From the IMG/VR virus record IMGVR_UViG_3300048549_001527: DNA of 64,000 nt, one strand, 5' to 3'. The notes beneath the pieces are model-generated. The model had not been told where the DNA came from and did no database searches. It saw only the letters and a list, made by a program, of their open reading frames with translations. This stretch comes from a virus. Taxonomy: Duplodnaviria > Caudoviricetes. The position numbers and the translations under genes were made by a program. Shown piece after piece: positions 37,338 to 47,662 of the stretch. Position 1 is the stretch's first letter; every line of letters begins with the position of its first letter.

Positions 37338-39995
37338 ATGGCACAAACATTACGATTTAGAAGAGGCACAACCGCAGAGCTTTCATCTGAAGCCGGTATT
37401 GAAGGAGAGGTTTTCATTGATACCACAAAGAAAACTGTGGTTGCGATGGACGGAGTACAAAGTGGTGGATATCCGTTAGCAAGATTTGATGATATTCCAA
37501 CAAACATAAGTGCATTTACAAATGATGCTGGATTTATCACGGCAGCTGGAACTTTTTCTGGTAATTATAATGATTTGACTAACTTACCTTCTTTATTTGA
37601 TGGCGATTATAACTCTTTATCAAATATTCCTGCGCCAACTCCTGGACCACAAGGTACTAATGGAGCTCAAGGTACAACAGGTGAAACTATTCAAGGTCCG
37701 CAAGGAACTAATGGTTTGCAAGGTACATTAGGCGCGCAAGGTGTTCAAGGATTTGGTGGTGCCAATGGCGGTATTGGACCAACAGGTCTTCAAGGTTTAA
37801 CTGGAGCTACAGGAGCAACTGGTGCTCAAGGCACATCAGGGTCTACAGGTTCTACAGGTGTTCAAGGTTTAACAGGAGACGCAGGTGCTCAAGGAACGTT
37901 AGGTTCTACAGGTGTTCAAGGTTTAACTGGAGCTACAGGTTCCCAAGGTGTTCAAGGTATTACAGGGTCTATAGGTTCAACTGGCGTTCAAGGTTTAACA
38001 GGAACAGGTGTTCAAGGTTTAACAGGATCCATTGGTATTCAAGGACCTTCTGATGGCGCTGACGGCGCAGCTGGTGCGCAAGGTATTCAAGGTACAACTG
38101 GGACAGCAGGGCCCGCCGGTATTCAAGGACCTTCTGATGGCGCTGATGGTGTACAAGGTACTACGGGGTCTGCTGGTCCAACCGGATTGCAAGGTGTAAC
38201 TGGTTCAACTGGTGTTCAAGGCTTAACAGGAACTGGCGTTCAAGGTACTACAGGGTCTGCTGGTTCAACCGGATTGCAAGGTGCAACTGGCCTTCAAGGA
38301 ACCGAGGGTGCAACTTCTGTTAGTGAAAGCGATAACCTTGATTGGACTGGCAATCATCAATGGACTGCAGGAAACGGTAATTGGATTAAAGTTGATAGCT
38401 CAAACGCATATATGACGTTTGATGATGATGCTTATTTACAATTTGGTGCAAACACTGCAAGTGTTGACGCAAAAATGTTTACAACAGGTAGCGGATTTGG
38501 TATATTAACTCAAAAAGGTACTTTCTATTTAAATAACACCGGTAGCGGTTCAGACGCAGGCGATGTCATTATAAGAGCTCGCAATTCTGTCGATGATGGT
38601 TTAGTTGATTACGTCAAAGCAGATCATGCACTTGGTGGCGTAGATTTACATCATGACGGTGTACTTAAACTAAGAACCACATCCACTGGGATTGATGTTA
38701 ATACAAATAAAATATATAATTTAACAGATCCTGCCGCAGCACAAGACGCAGCCACAAAGGCATATGTTGATGCAGAAATTGCAGGTCTTTCTGATAGCGC
38801 GCCAGCAACATTGGATACTCTAAATGAATTGGCTGCAGCATTAGGAGACGATGCAAACTTTGCAACAACTGTGACAGACAGCATTGCAACTAAACTTCCA
38901 CTTGCTGGCGGAACAATGTCAGGAGATATTGACGGCGCAGGAAACAAAGGACTTTTTGCTAACGTATATTCAGCACTCGGCGATTTGCCAAGTGCATCGA
39001 CATATCATGGTATGTTTGCCCATGTTCACGGAACAGGTAAAGGCTATTTTGCACATAGCGGTAGCTGGGTTGAATTGGCCAATGCGGCAACTACGTTAGC
39101 AGGTTATGGAATTACTGATGGATTAGCAGCAGGCGGGGCCTTAACTGGCAGTAGTTTGGCATTCCCAGTTGGCGCCACCATTACAGAATTTAGTACTGAC
39201 GATACACTCGGAGGCAATAGTAATATAGCAGTTCCAACTGAGGCGGCAGTAAAAGGATATGTAGATACTAATGCAATGGCCACATCAGGCGGAACCTTTA
39301 CAGCCGAAATTACTGTTGACGGCGATGTTACTATTGATAATAGAAATAAACTTAGGTTGGCAGACGCAGGTGTTGATAAAGCACTGATTGGACTTAACCA
39401 AGGTACATATCTATACATGGGTTCTGAAGGTACTAATTCAGATCCAAGAATAAGATTTGATGGTGAATCTACTCAAGCCGCAATTGTTCCCACACTCCCT
39501 GGAGGTGCAACAACCGCAGGTGCTTCTGGATACCTAAACTTAGGTTCCTCGACTTCTGGATTTAAAGACTTGTATTTGGATGGTGGTGTATATCTTGGTG
39601 GTGATACAGCGGCTAATTTTTTAGACGATTACGAAGAAGGAACTTGGACGCCTACTTGCAGTATCGGAACTGTTACTGCGGACAACGCTTGGTATGTAAA
39701 AGTAGGAACACTTGTTACAGTAAATTGTAAACTAGATGCTTTTACTGATAATAGTGACGCCAACTTAATTTCAATTGAAGGATTACCATTTACTAGTAAA
39801 GCAAGCAACCATACAGCAACAGGTAGTATGATGGCTGATGAAATGGCCGGCGGTCCGTATTTTCCTTATATTTCTTCTAACGGAACCAACATAAGAATGT
39901 ACGCACAAACATCTGGAGGTTTTTCAAATTTGCGCTATACTGATACAAACGGCAATACCACTATTTACCTTACAATAACTTATCAATCTCAATAA
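37338..39995 (+). CDS. Collagen-containing fibre with Mtd_N-like N-terminus and [11 protein letters not shown]-terminal domain
   Basis: LRFRRGTT.E......GEV.IDT.K.TVV.MDG...GG.PLA; Gly-X-Y run at ~37641-38310; [20 protein letters not shown]; [10 protein letters not shown] at 39624. Confidence 0.8.
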   Translation: MAQTLRFRRGTTAELSSEAGIEGEVFIDTTKKTVVAMDGVQSGGYPLARFDDIPTNISAFTNDAGFITAAGTFSGNYNDLTNLPSLFDGDYNSLSNIPAPTPGPQGTNGAQGTTGETIQGPQGTNGLQGTLGAQGVQGFGGANGGIGPTGLQGLTGATGATGAQGTSGSTGSTGVQGLTGDAGAQGTLGSTGVQGLTGATGSQGVQGITGSIGSTGVQGLTGTGVQGLTGSIGIQGPSDGADGAAGAQGIQGTTGTAGPAGIQGPSDGADGVQGTTGSAGPTGLQGVTGSTGVQGLTGTGVQGTTGSAGSTGLQGATGLQGTEGATSVSESDNLDWTGNHQWTAGNGNWIKVDSSNAYMTFDDDAYLQFGANTASVDAKMFTTGSGFGILTQKGTFYLNNTGSGSDAGDVIIRARNSVDDGLVDYVKADHALGGVDLHHDGVLKLRTTSTGIDVNTNKIYNLTDPAAAQDAATKAYVDAEIAGLSDSAPATLDTLNELAAALGDDANFATTVTDSIATKLPLAGGTMSGDIDGAGNKGLFANVYSALGDLPSASTYHGMFAHVHGTGKGYFAHSGSWVELANAATTLAGYGITDGLAAGGALTGSSLAFPVGATITEFSTDDTLGGNSNIAVPTEAAVKGYVDTNAMATSGGTFTAEITVDGDVTIDNRNKLRLADAGVDKALIGLNQGTYLYMGSEGTNSDPRIRFDGESTQAAIVPTLPGGATTAGASGYLNLGSSTSGFKDLYLDGGVYLGGDTAANFLDDYEEGTWTPTCSIGTVTADNAWYVKVGTLVTVNCKLDAFTDNSDANLISIEGLPFTSKASNHTATGSMMADEMAGGPYFPYISSNGTNIRMYAQTSGGFSNLRYTDTNGNTTIYLTITYQSQ
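37641..38310 (+). repeat. Collagen-coding repeats with DNA-level direct repeats
   Basis: GGTATTCAAGGACCTTCTGATGGCGCTGA occurs twice (~38033 and ~38119); ACAGGTGTTCAAGGTTTAAC is repeated. Confidence 0.85.
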
Positions 39996-40043
39996 CCCCA
40001 CACCATAAGGGTCGGACAGTCCAACCATCATAGGAGATAAACG

Positions 40044-40292
40044 ATGGCACTAACAGAAGAAACAGTACAAGATAAAATCGAAATCATAGGCAAATACAAG
40101 CATGTGCAAGTACGCACTGCTACAGTAATTAAACGCGACGGCACAGAAATTAGTAGATCTTTTTCACGCCATGTTGTTGCACCAAATGCGGATATTACTA
40201 GCGAAAGCGCAGAGGTTCAAGCTATCTGCAATGCAGTTCATACTGACGATGTTAAAGCAGCTTTTGCAGCTCATTTGGCTGAGGCTGAATAA
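40044..40292 (+). CDS. Small fibre-associated protein (putative assembly chaperone)
   Basis: MALTEETVQDKIEI....HVQVRTATVIKRDG.EISRSF.RHV, the small ORF that commonly follows YEEGTWTP fibres in marine phages; TAGGAG SD. Confidence 0.65.
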   Translation: MALTEETVQDKIEIIGKYKHVQVRTATVIKRDGTEISRSFSRHVVAPNADITSESAEVQAICNAVHTDDVKAAFAAHLAEAE

Positions 40293-40336
40293 TAGCGCAT
40301 CAGCAAACTAATATATAATATAAAGTAGGATGAAAC

Positions 40337-40783
40337 ATGAGTGATGAACACATTTCTAAAGCGTTAGGTTTAACACCGCTTTCAGAATTAAACGATGAAA
40401 TGAAAAGCGTACAAGAAGTGCAATCAACGGAAGTGCAAAACATAGAAAAGTTTGAAGTATTACCTACTGAAGGTAATGACGAAAATCTTAACGATATGGA
40501 ACTTGCACGTCAGAATGTTAAAAACATTATTGAACTCGGAGATGACGCAGTTAAAGAAATGGTTGAAATAGCTAAGCAATCAGAGTCTCCTCGGGCCTTT
40601 GAAGTTGTGTCGACTTTAATGAAAACATTACTTGACGCAAACAAAGATTATGTTGATATATCTACCAAAAAGAAATTTGCACAGGATGATAAACCTGAAA
40701 AGGAAACAAATGTTACGAATAATAACTTGATAGTCTCAACTGCAGATTTACTTAAAATGATTAAAGGCGATGATAATGCTTGA
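40337..40783 (+). CDS. gp16: Terminase small subunit gp16
   Basis: D.E.AR.N....I..G..A..EM.E.A..SESPRAFEV...L.K...DAN; TNNNLIVST..LL. Confidence 0.95.
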   Translation: MSDEHISKALGLTPLSELNDEMKSVQEVQSTEVQNIEKFEVLPTEGNDENLNDMELARQNVKNIIELGDDAVKEMVEIAKQSESPRAFEVVSTLMKTLLDANKDYVDISTKKKFAQDDKPEKETNVTNNNLIVSTADLLKMIKGDDNA

Positions 40784-42374
40784 GATGATGAAAGGTTATC
40801 TCGGTAATAATAATCTTAAAAGAGTTGGTGAGCAATTAGAATGGACTCCTGATATGCTAAAGGAGTACATGAAATGTGCTGAAGATCCAATATATTTTGC
40901 TAAGGAATATATAAAAATTGTTCATGTTGATAGAGGCCTAGTTCCTTTTCAAATGTATCCTTATCAAGAAAACATCACAAAAAAGATTACAGATAATCGC
41001 AGAGTTGCAGTATTAACTGCACGTCAGTCTGGTAAAACAACCACTGCAATGGCAATCATTTTACATTATGTATTGTTCAATGAATTTAAAACCGTCGCTA
41101 TTTTAGCAAACAAAGGAGATGCTGCAAGAGAAGTTATGGCTCGAGTCAAGTTGGCTTTTGAGGCTTTACCTAAATGGTTGCAGCAAGGAGTTGAAGAATG
41201 GAACAAAGGAAACATTGCGCTTGAAAACGGTTGTCAGGTTTTGGCAGGAACGACATCATCATCAGCAATTCGTGGTAAGTCAGTTAATTTTCTATATCTC
41301 GATGAGGTTGCATTCATCGAAGGATACGACGATTTTTTCGCATCTGTTTATCCTACTATCTCGTCTGGTGAGTCAACAAAACTTTTAATGACTTCAACTC
41401 CTAATGGTCTAAACCATTTTTGGAAAACTTGCAAAGGCGCAAGAGAAAAAACTAATGGTTATGAATACGAAGAAGTTATGTGGCAAGATGTTCCAGGACG
41501 AGACGAAAAGTGGAAAGAAGAAACACTCGCTGCATTAGATTACGATGAACAGAAATTTAGACAAGAATATTGTTGTGAGTTTTTAGGATCCTCAGGAACG
41601 TTGATTGATGGATCCAAACTAAAACAATTAGCATATGATAGACCTATACACGAACAAGAAAACACATTTCAATATTTTAAACCTGAAAAAGACCACAGTT
41701 ATGTTATGACTTGTGATGTATCTCGAGGAAAAGGTTTAGACTATTCAACCTTTAACATTATAGACATTAGCAAAATGCCGTATCAACAAGTATGCACATT
41801 TCGCGACAACTATATTAGCCCAATTGATTTCGCTTCATTTATATATAGAATAGGTAATCTATATAATGAAGCTGCTGTTCTTATAGAAATTAATGATATA
41901 GGCGAACAAGTTTCAGATGTTTTATTAATGGATTATGGATACGAAAATTTACTTTATTCCGAAAGCGCAGGCGCGAAAGGCAAACGAATTTCGTCTGGAT
42001 TTGGAGGAAGAAAACTTGATAATGGAATACGAACTACCAAGACTGTAAAAGCTCAAGGTTGTTCTATGTTGAAAATGCTCATTGAGCAAGATCAACTTAT
42101 ACTAAGAGATTATAATACTTTGCAGGAATTATCACGTTTTTCCAAAAAGGGTCCATCTTATGAAGCTGAGCCCGGAGCACATGATGATTTAGTAATGAAT
42201 TTGGTTTTATTTGCTTGGTTATCTGACCAAGATTATTTTAAAGAATTAACTGATATTAATACTCTTCAAGCACTGCGCGAAAAGACTGATGCGCAAATTG
42301 ATGAAGAATTACTCCCCTTCGGATTTATAGATGACGGTGGGGAATTGTGGGAAGACGAAAACATCAGGTTCTAA
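40776..42374 (+). CDS. gp17: Terminase large subunit gp17
   Basis: YLGN.NLK; Walker A RQSGKTT; IRGKS..FLYLDEVAF; STPNGLNHF; DVSRG.G.DYS; HDDLVM. An alternative in-frame ATG lies at 40770. Confidence 0.97.
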   Translation: MLEMMKGYLGNNNLKRVGEQLEWTPDMLKEYMKCAEDPIYFAKEYIKIVHVDRGLVPFQMYPYQENITKKITDNRRVAVLTARQSGKTTTAMAIILHYVLFNEFKTVAILANKGDAAREVMARVKLAFEALPKWLQQGVEEWNKGNIALENGCQVLAGTTSSSAIRGKSVNFLYLDEVAFIEGYDDFFASVYPTISSGESTKLLMTSTPNGLNHFWKTCKGAREKTNGYEYEEVMWQDVPGRDEKWKEETLAALDYDEQKFRQEYCCEFLGSSGTLIDGSKLKQLAYDRPIHEQENTFQYFKPEKDHSYVMTCDVSRGKGLDYSTFNIIDISKMPYQQVCTFRDNYISPIDFASFIYRIGNLYNEAAVLIEINDIGEQVSDVLLMDYGYENLLYSESAGAKGKRISSGFGGRKLDNGIRTTKTVKAQGCSMLKMLIEQDQLILRDYNTLQELSRFSKKGPSYEAEPGAHDDLVMNLVLFAWLSDQDYFKELTDINTLQALREKTDAQIDEELLPFGFIDDGGELWEDENIRF

Positions 42375-42400
42375 ACTATATTTCTGTAAATCAAATAATT

Positions 42401-42408
42401 TATAAATA
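42401..42408 (+). promoter_or_regulatory. T4-type late promoter for gp18
   Basis: TATAAATA. Confidence 0.85.
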
Positions 42409-42457
42409 GAAACAGTGATATGAACTAAACGCGTTTAAATACATAAAGGAGAAAAAT

Positions 42458-44332
42458 ATGGCTTTTTCTGTAAGTCCTTCCGTCATTGTTCGTGAAGTGG
42501 ATGCATCACAAGCCGTGCCAGCCGTTGCGACATCGCCAGCTGCCATTGTTGGTGTATTTCAATGGGGACCAGTTGACGAACCTATTCTAGTTTCATCTGA
42601 AGATGAGCTAGTGGATCGTTTTGGCAAGCCTTCAGCGGATACATACGAAACATTTTTTACTGCGGCAGATTATCTTGCATATGCAAATGCATTGTGGGTA
42701 GTTCGCGCAGACAATAATTCAAACACAGCTATTGCAGCAAGCGGCGCCTTTTCGGCAAAGCACCCTGGTGCTTTAGGAGATAACATTGACGTACATTGGG
42801 TTACCTCAACAGGATATGAAAATGCAGTAATTGCAGCAGGTGATATCCCAGCGAATAAAATTTCCAATGCTGCAGTTCCACAAACAATTCCATTTAATTC
42901 CGCTGCTGTAACTTTTGAAGTTGCTCCTGCAGACAGGATTACTGCAATTGGCGCAGGAGATGTACTTGTAATAGGTAACGATAGCTCAGGCTATGTAAAT
43001 GTTACAGTTGCAACTATTGCAGAAACGGAACTTAACGATGGCGCATCGCCAACACCGAATGTAACAGGATACGAATACGCAATTACATTTGTAGGCAAAT
43101 ACACACTCGCCGAAACTGATCTTACCGTTCTTGCGATTACAAAAAAGTGGGGACAAAACAATTTCTTTGCTTCTGCACCGAGTGCTGGAAGTATTCACAT
43201 TGCAGTTGTTGACCGCGGCGGAAATATTTCAGGAACAGCAGGACAAGTACTTGAACTGTTTGAAGATGTTTCAACCACAGCAGGCGCACAGCTTCAGGAC
43301 GGTTCGCAAAACTATTGGGTAGACGTTATTACCAATCAATCAAGCTGGGTTAAAGTTGCTAATTCGGCAGTTGTAGGAACCGCCGCAACCGCGGTAACTT
43401 CATACGAAGTAATGGCAAACGGTAGTGATGCTCAAACTGAAAGCAATGCAACTTTGGCCGCAATTGGTAAAGGTTGGGATTTATTTAAGAGTGGAAACGA
43501 AATTGATATTTCATTCTGCTTACAAGGTAAAGGCGATGATAGCGCAAACCGTGCAAACTATATTATTTCTAATATCGTTGATAGTAGAAAAGATTGTGTT
43601 GCATTTGTTTCCCCATCAGCATCAGATGTTGTTAGCGAAGTTAAATCAAATACACAACTTAAAAACGTAATTGCATATCGTAATGCGCTTCAGAATTCAT
43701 CTTATTGGTTCATGGATAGCGGTTATAAATATCGTTACGACAAATACAACGATACTTATCGTTACACACCTTTGAATGGCGATATGGCAGGTTTGGCAGC
43801 AAGAGTTGAACCGTGGGAATCTCCAGCAGGTTATAGAAAAGGTGTTATCAAAAACGTAGTAAAACTAGCGTTTAACCCAAACAAATCGCAAAGAGATCAA
43901 CTGTATACTTCAGACATTAACCCAGTTATGGCTCAAGTAGGTCAAGGTATCGTATTATTTGGAGATAAAACTGGTTACGGATTGCCAAGCGCGTTTGATC
44001 GTCTTAATGTTCGTAGGTTGTTTATTGCTATTGAGAAATCAATTGCAACTGCGGCTACATCGTTCTTGTTTGAACTAAACGACGAATTTACTCAAACACA
44101 GTTTAAGAACATTGTTGATCCGTTCCTACGTGATATTCAAGGAAGACGTGGCATTACTGATTTCCGAGTCGTATCTGACTCAACCGTGAATACTCCTGAA
44201 ATCATAGACCAAAACAAGTTCCGTGCTAACATTTTTGTTAAACCAGCCCGTTCAATTAACGTTATAGAACTTACGTTCGTAGCAACAAGAACTGGAATTG
44301 AGTTTGACGAAATCGTTGGTCAGATCGTCTAA
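42458..44332 (+). CDS. gp18: Tail sheath protein gp18
   Basis: SPSV.VREVD; G.FQWGPVDE; PW.SPAG..KG.I; FGDKT...SAFDR.NVRRLF; FELNDEFT; IKPARSIN.IEL.F.ATRTG. Confidence 0.97.
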   Translation: MAFSVSPSVIVREVDASQAVPAVATSPAAIVGVFQWGPVDEPILVSSEDELVDRFGKPSADTYETFFTAADYLAYANALWVVRADNNSNTAIAASGAFSAKHPGALGDNIDVHWVTSTGYENAVIAAGDIPANKISNAAVPQTIPFNSAAVTFEVAPADRITAIGAGDVLVIGNDSSGYVNVTVATIAETELNDGASPTPNVTGYEYAITFVGKYTLAETDLTVLAITKKWGQNNFFASAPSAGSIHIAVVDRGGNISGTAGQVLELFEDVSTTAGAQLQDGSQNYWVDVITNQSSWVKVANSAVVGTAATAVTSYEVMANGSDAQTESNATLAAIGKGWDLFKSGNEIDISFCLQGKGDDSANRANYIISNIVDSRKDCVAFVSPSASDVVSEVKSNTQLKNVIAYRNALQNSSYWFMDSGYKYRYDKYNDTYRYTPLNGDMAGLAARVEPWESPAGYRKGVIKNVVKLAFNPNKSQRDQLYTSDINPVMAQVGQGIVLFGDKTGYGLPSAFDRLNVRRLFIAIEKSIATAATSFLFELNDEFTQTQFKNIVDPFLRDIQGRRGITDFRVVSDSTVNTPEIIDQNKFRANIFVKPARSINVIELTFVATRTGIEFDEIVGQIV

Positions 44333-44338
44333 TAAATA
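44331..44338 (+). promoter_or_regulatory. Late promoter variant (AATAAATA) for gp19
   Basis: NATAAATA consensus, 25 nt upstream of the ATG. Confidence 0.6.
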
Positions 44339-44362
44339 GATTTAATTAAAGGAGAATAGAAA

Positions 44363-44896
44363 ATGGCATTTAACATCAACCAGTTCAAATCAGAACTCGT
44401 CGGTGGCGGTGCACGTCCTACGCTATTCCAAGTTCAAATCACTAACCCTATTGACACAGGCGCAGATTTTAAAGTACCATTTATGGTTCGTTCTGCAGGT
44501 ATTCCTGAGTCAATCGTCGGTCAATATGTTGTACCTTACTTCGGTCGTGAAGTAAAGTATGCAGGTGATAGAACGTTTGCGGACTGGGCGGTCACAGTTA
44601 TCAACGATGAAGACTTTGCAATTCGCAACGCGATGGAAGCATGGTCAAACTTCATTAATTCCCACGACTCTAATTCAAGAGGATTACCACAGCAGTATAA
44701 GTCTACTGCATCGGTTACTCAATATAGTAAAGATGGATCACCACTTCGTACATATATTTTCGAAGGATTGTTTCCAACTACTATTGATGGTATTGCCTTG
44801 GATTGGTCTCAGCAGGATACAATTGAAGAATTCGGCGTCACATTCCAATATGATTTATGGAGAGTTGAAGGAATTACCGGCGTACCGACAACCTAA
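44363..44896 (+). CDS. gp19: Tail tube protein gp19
   Basis: GGGARPTLFQV; VPYFGR.VK.AGDRTF.DW.VTVINDEDF.IR; IEEF.VTF.Y. Confidence 0.97.
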   Translation: MAFNINQFKSELVGGGARPTLFQVQITNPIDTGADFKVPFMVRSAGIPESIVGQYVVPYFGREVKYAGDRTFADWAVTVINDEDFAIRNAMEAWSNFINSHDSNSRGLPQQYKSTASVTQYSKDGSPLRTYIFEGLFPTTIDGIALDWSQQDTIEEFGVTFQYDLWRVEGITGVPTT

Positions 44897-44920
44897 TTTT
44901 TATTATGAGGATATGAAGTT

Positions 44921-46444
44921 TTGAAGATATTCGGTTACGAAATCAAAAGAGAAGAGGAAGAGACTCCAGTAGTCTCTTTCGCTGAACCGTCTAATGAAGA
45001 CGGCGCAATTACTGTAGGAAACGCTGTTGGCGGGTTTTACGGCACGCTTCTCGATATGGAAGGCACAGCAAAGACTGAGTCTGAATTAGTTACAAAATAC
45101 CGTGGCATGTCACTGCAGCCTGAAATTGTTTCAGCTGTAGACGAAGTCATTAACGAAGCAATTTCTATAGGAACGGATGATAAAGTTGTAGAGCTTGTGC
45201 TCGATGACACTGATCTTCCTGACAAAGTCAAAAAGAAATTAAGTGAAGAATTTGATAATGTTTTATCATTATTAGATTTTTCAAATGCAGCATACGATAT
45301 TTTTCAAAAGTTTTACGTTGATGGCAGACTTAATTATCATGTCATTATTGATAAAGAAAACTTAAAAGATGGTATAAGGGAACTACGATATGTAGATCCT
45401 CGCAAGTTAAAACTTATACGCGAAGTTGATAAAAAGCAAAAAGATCCACATTCTGGTATTCCAGTTAAAACACTAAAAAGCGAATATTATATGTATTCCG
45501 AAAACGGTTTTACTGGTGATAATGCTGGTGGTAATGCAAGTACTGGTACTCAAGGATATAGAATTTCTAAAGACTCTGTTGCCCGTGTTACTTCAGGATT
45601 AATGAACGAGAATAATTCTTTAGTTCTTTCATACCTACATCCGGCAATTAAGCCTTTAAATCAATTAAGAATGCTTGAAGATGCAACAGTCATTTACACT
45701 CTTACACGAGCTCCTGAAAGACGAATTTTTTATATTGACGTTGGGAACCTTCCTAAATCGAAAGCTGAGCAATATATACGAGACATGATGGTTCGCCATA
45801 AAAACAAATTGCAATATAACTCAGCAACTGGTGATATTACTGATAGCCGTAAAATGATGACTATGACTGAAGACTTTTGGTTTCCACGCCGAGGTGGTGA
45901 AAGATCTACTGAAGTTGATACATTAGTTGGCGGTTCTTCACAAGCGCTATCGTCTGATGAAAATATGCAATACTTTCAGCGTAAATTGTTTAAAGCGTTA
46001 AAGGTTCCACTAACAAGGCTTGAGCCTGAAACAATGGCAACCTTCGGCCGTACATCTGAAATCACTCGTGACGAACTGAAGTTTAGCAAATTTATTCGTC
46101 GTGTAAGATCTAGGTTTTCTTCAATCTTTACAACAATTTTAGAAAAGCAAGTTATCCTTAAAGGTATCATGACCCCTGAGGAATATAAAGAAATTAAAAA
46201 TAGTATTCGTTATGACTTTATGCAAGATAATTATTTTAACGAATTAAAAGAAGCAGAAATACTCCGCGAAAGAATGGCGACATTACGTGATGTTGAAGAT
46301 CATGTTGGAGTATACTATTCAAGAGAATGGGTTATTCGTAACATCCTACAGTTAAGTGAAGACGACTCTGAGGAAATGAAAACGCAAATGGAAGCTGAAA
46401 AAGAACAATTTGGCGATCCGAATGACCAAGAACAGCAGAATTAA
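44921..46444 (+). CDS. gp20: Portal protein gp20 (TTG start)
   Basis: KIFG; PEI..AVDEVINEAI; FYVDGR..YH; LRYVDPRK; YTLTRAPERRIFYIDVGNLPK.KAEQY; EDFW.PRR.GE..TEV.TL. Confidence 0.97.
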   Translation: MKIFGYEIKREEEETPVVSFAEPSNEDGAITVGNAVGGFYGTLLDMEGTAKTESELVTKYRGMSLQPEIVSAVDEVINEAISIGTDDKVVELVLDDTDLPDKVKKKLSEEFDNVLSLLDFSNAAYDIFQKFYVDGRLNYHVIIDKENLKDGIRELRYVDPRKLKLIREVDKKQKDPHSGIPVKTLKSEYYMYSENGFTGDNAGGNASTGTQGYRISKDSVARVTSGLMNENNSLVLSYLHPAIKPLNQLRMLEDATVIYTLTRAPERRIFYIDVGNLPKSKAEQYIRDMMVRHKNKLQYNSATGDITDSRKMMTMTEDFWFPRRGGERSTEVDTLVGGSSQALSSDENMQYFQRKLFKALKVPLTRLEPETMATFGRTSEITRDELKFSKFIRRVRSRFSSIFTTILEKQVILKGIMTPEEYKEIKNSIRYDFMQDNYFNELKEAEILRERMATLRDVEDHVGVYYSREWVIRNILQLSEDDSEEMKTQMEAEKEQFGDPNDQEQQN

Positions 46445-46451
46445 ATAAATA
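46444..46451 (+). promoter_or_regulatory. Late promoter variant (AATAAATA)
   Basis: NATAAATA upstream of 46483; AGGAG SD. Confidence 0.55.
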
Positions 46452-46482
46452 AACAAAATGAGATTAAACCAGGAGATCTACA

Positions 46483-47376
46483 ATGAAGTCCTTTAAAAAT
46501 TATATGGCTGAAGTAGCAGAACCAAAATCCTCAGAGGAAAAGAAGTTCAAGGATATGCATCAGCCTGAGGTTAAACCTCACCCAGTTGCAGAACCAACTC
46601 AGCATAAAGCTGAAAAGCCAAAGGCAAAACGCAAAGCTGACCAAGAAGGTGATGCTAATTACGATAAAGCATATACTACAGAAGACGCAGAGCAAATTGA
46701 TGAGATTTCAAAAGGTTTAGCAGGTCGCTATATTAAAAAGGCGCAAATGGATACAGCACATGCTGGTGATCAAATTGCTACAGGAAGTATGGGACAAGCA
46801 GGTGCATCTCCTGATGTTAAAAAAGGTTATGAAAAGCAACGCAAAAAAGGTATTGCTAAACTCGTTCGCCGTCGTGTAGGAACAAGAGATGCCGTTTCTA
46901 AACTAACAGGAACAGCAAGAGTTCCGGCAAGAGAGGAAGTTAGCGAGGTTACTCAATCTGCCATAAAAAAGCCTATGAACATTACAGGACCAGACGGTAA
47001 AGTTCGTACTGTGATGAAAAGAACAAAAGATATAGCTACTGATGATCACGGTCAAGAAAAGATCCGTGAAAACAAAAAAGCTGATTTAATGAAAAAATTA
47101 GCAAAGACAGCAGCTACAACGGAAAAAGGTAAAAAAGCAGTAACATTGAAAAAAGCTCCTTGGGAGAAAAAAGAAGATCTTGATGAAGCTGTAAAAGTAG
47201 GCAATATGAAATTAAAAGATGGGTCTTCAATGAAAGTTACGAAAGAAGATGCAAAGCTTTTAAACCAGATGTTTAAAGGGTTGAACAATCAAAACCGCAA
47301 ACAAATGGAAAAAGTTATGATGACAGATAAAAGTGGGTTCAACGAAATTGTTGGATTTGCAAGGGAAGCCATGTAA
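46483..47376 (+). CDS. Lys/Glu-rich prohead core / internal head protein (gp67/68 position)
   Basis: Between gp20 and gp21; highly charged; repeated (I/L/V)xE motifs such as IDE-ISK and LDE-AVK. Confidence 0.7.
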   Translation: MKSFKNYMAEVAEPKSSEEKKFKDMHQPEVKPHPVAEPTQHKAEKPKAKRKADQEGDANYDKAYTTEDAEQIDEISKGLAGRYIKKAQMDTAHAGDQIATGSMGQAGASPDVKKGYEKQRKKGIAKLVRRRVGTRDAVSKLTGTARVPAREEVSEVTQSAIKKPMNITGPDGKVRTVMKRTKDIATDDHGQEKIRENKKADLMKKLAKTAATTEKGKKAVTLKKAPWEKKEDLDEAVKVGNMKLKDGSSMKVTKEDAKLLNQMFKGLNNQNRKQMEKVMMTDKSGFNEIVGFAREAM

Positions 47377-47621
47377 TGGCTTTTGTGGCGGTCCTAGGCT
47401 CAAATAGTATTTGGGAGTACGATAATGCTGCCACGGCCGCGGGCTCCGACACATATAATGATGCTAACGGGACCGTCACAGCAGGTGTTCGTGCTTATAC
47501 TCCACCAGGAGGAAATGTACAATATACATACATAAGGTGTAGGAAAGCAGGCGAAACAATTATACGAGGCGAATTGAATAAAAACTTTTATGACAACAGA
47601 AATGCTAATGGTATACCTTAG
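47376..47621 (+). CDS. Small hypothetical head-region protein, 81 aa
   Basis: TAATG coupling; position between core gene and gp21. Confidence 0.65.
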   Translation: MAFVAVLGSNSIWEYDNAATAAGSDTYNDANGTVTAGVRAYTPPGGNVQYTYIRCRKAGETIIRGELNKNFYDNRNANGIP

Positions 47622-47629
47622 TATAAAGT

Positions 47630-47637
47630 TATAAATA
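47630..47637 (+). promoter_or_regulatory. T4-type late promoter for gp21
   Basis: TATAAATA. Confidence 0.85.
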
Positions 47638-47662
47638 AACAGAGTTCAAAAGGAATAATAAA

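Noticed and set aside
21430-39995. Diversity-generating retroelement (Mtd_N-like domain, repeated fibre segments)
   Set aside because: No reverse transcriptase in the window. Repeats differ mostly at synonymous positions, not specifically at adenines, and no ~100-nt TR/VR pair was seen. A TR elsewhere in the genome cannot be excluded.
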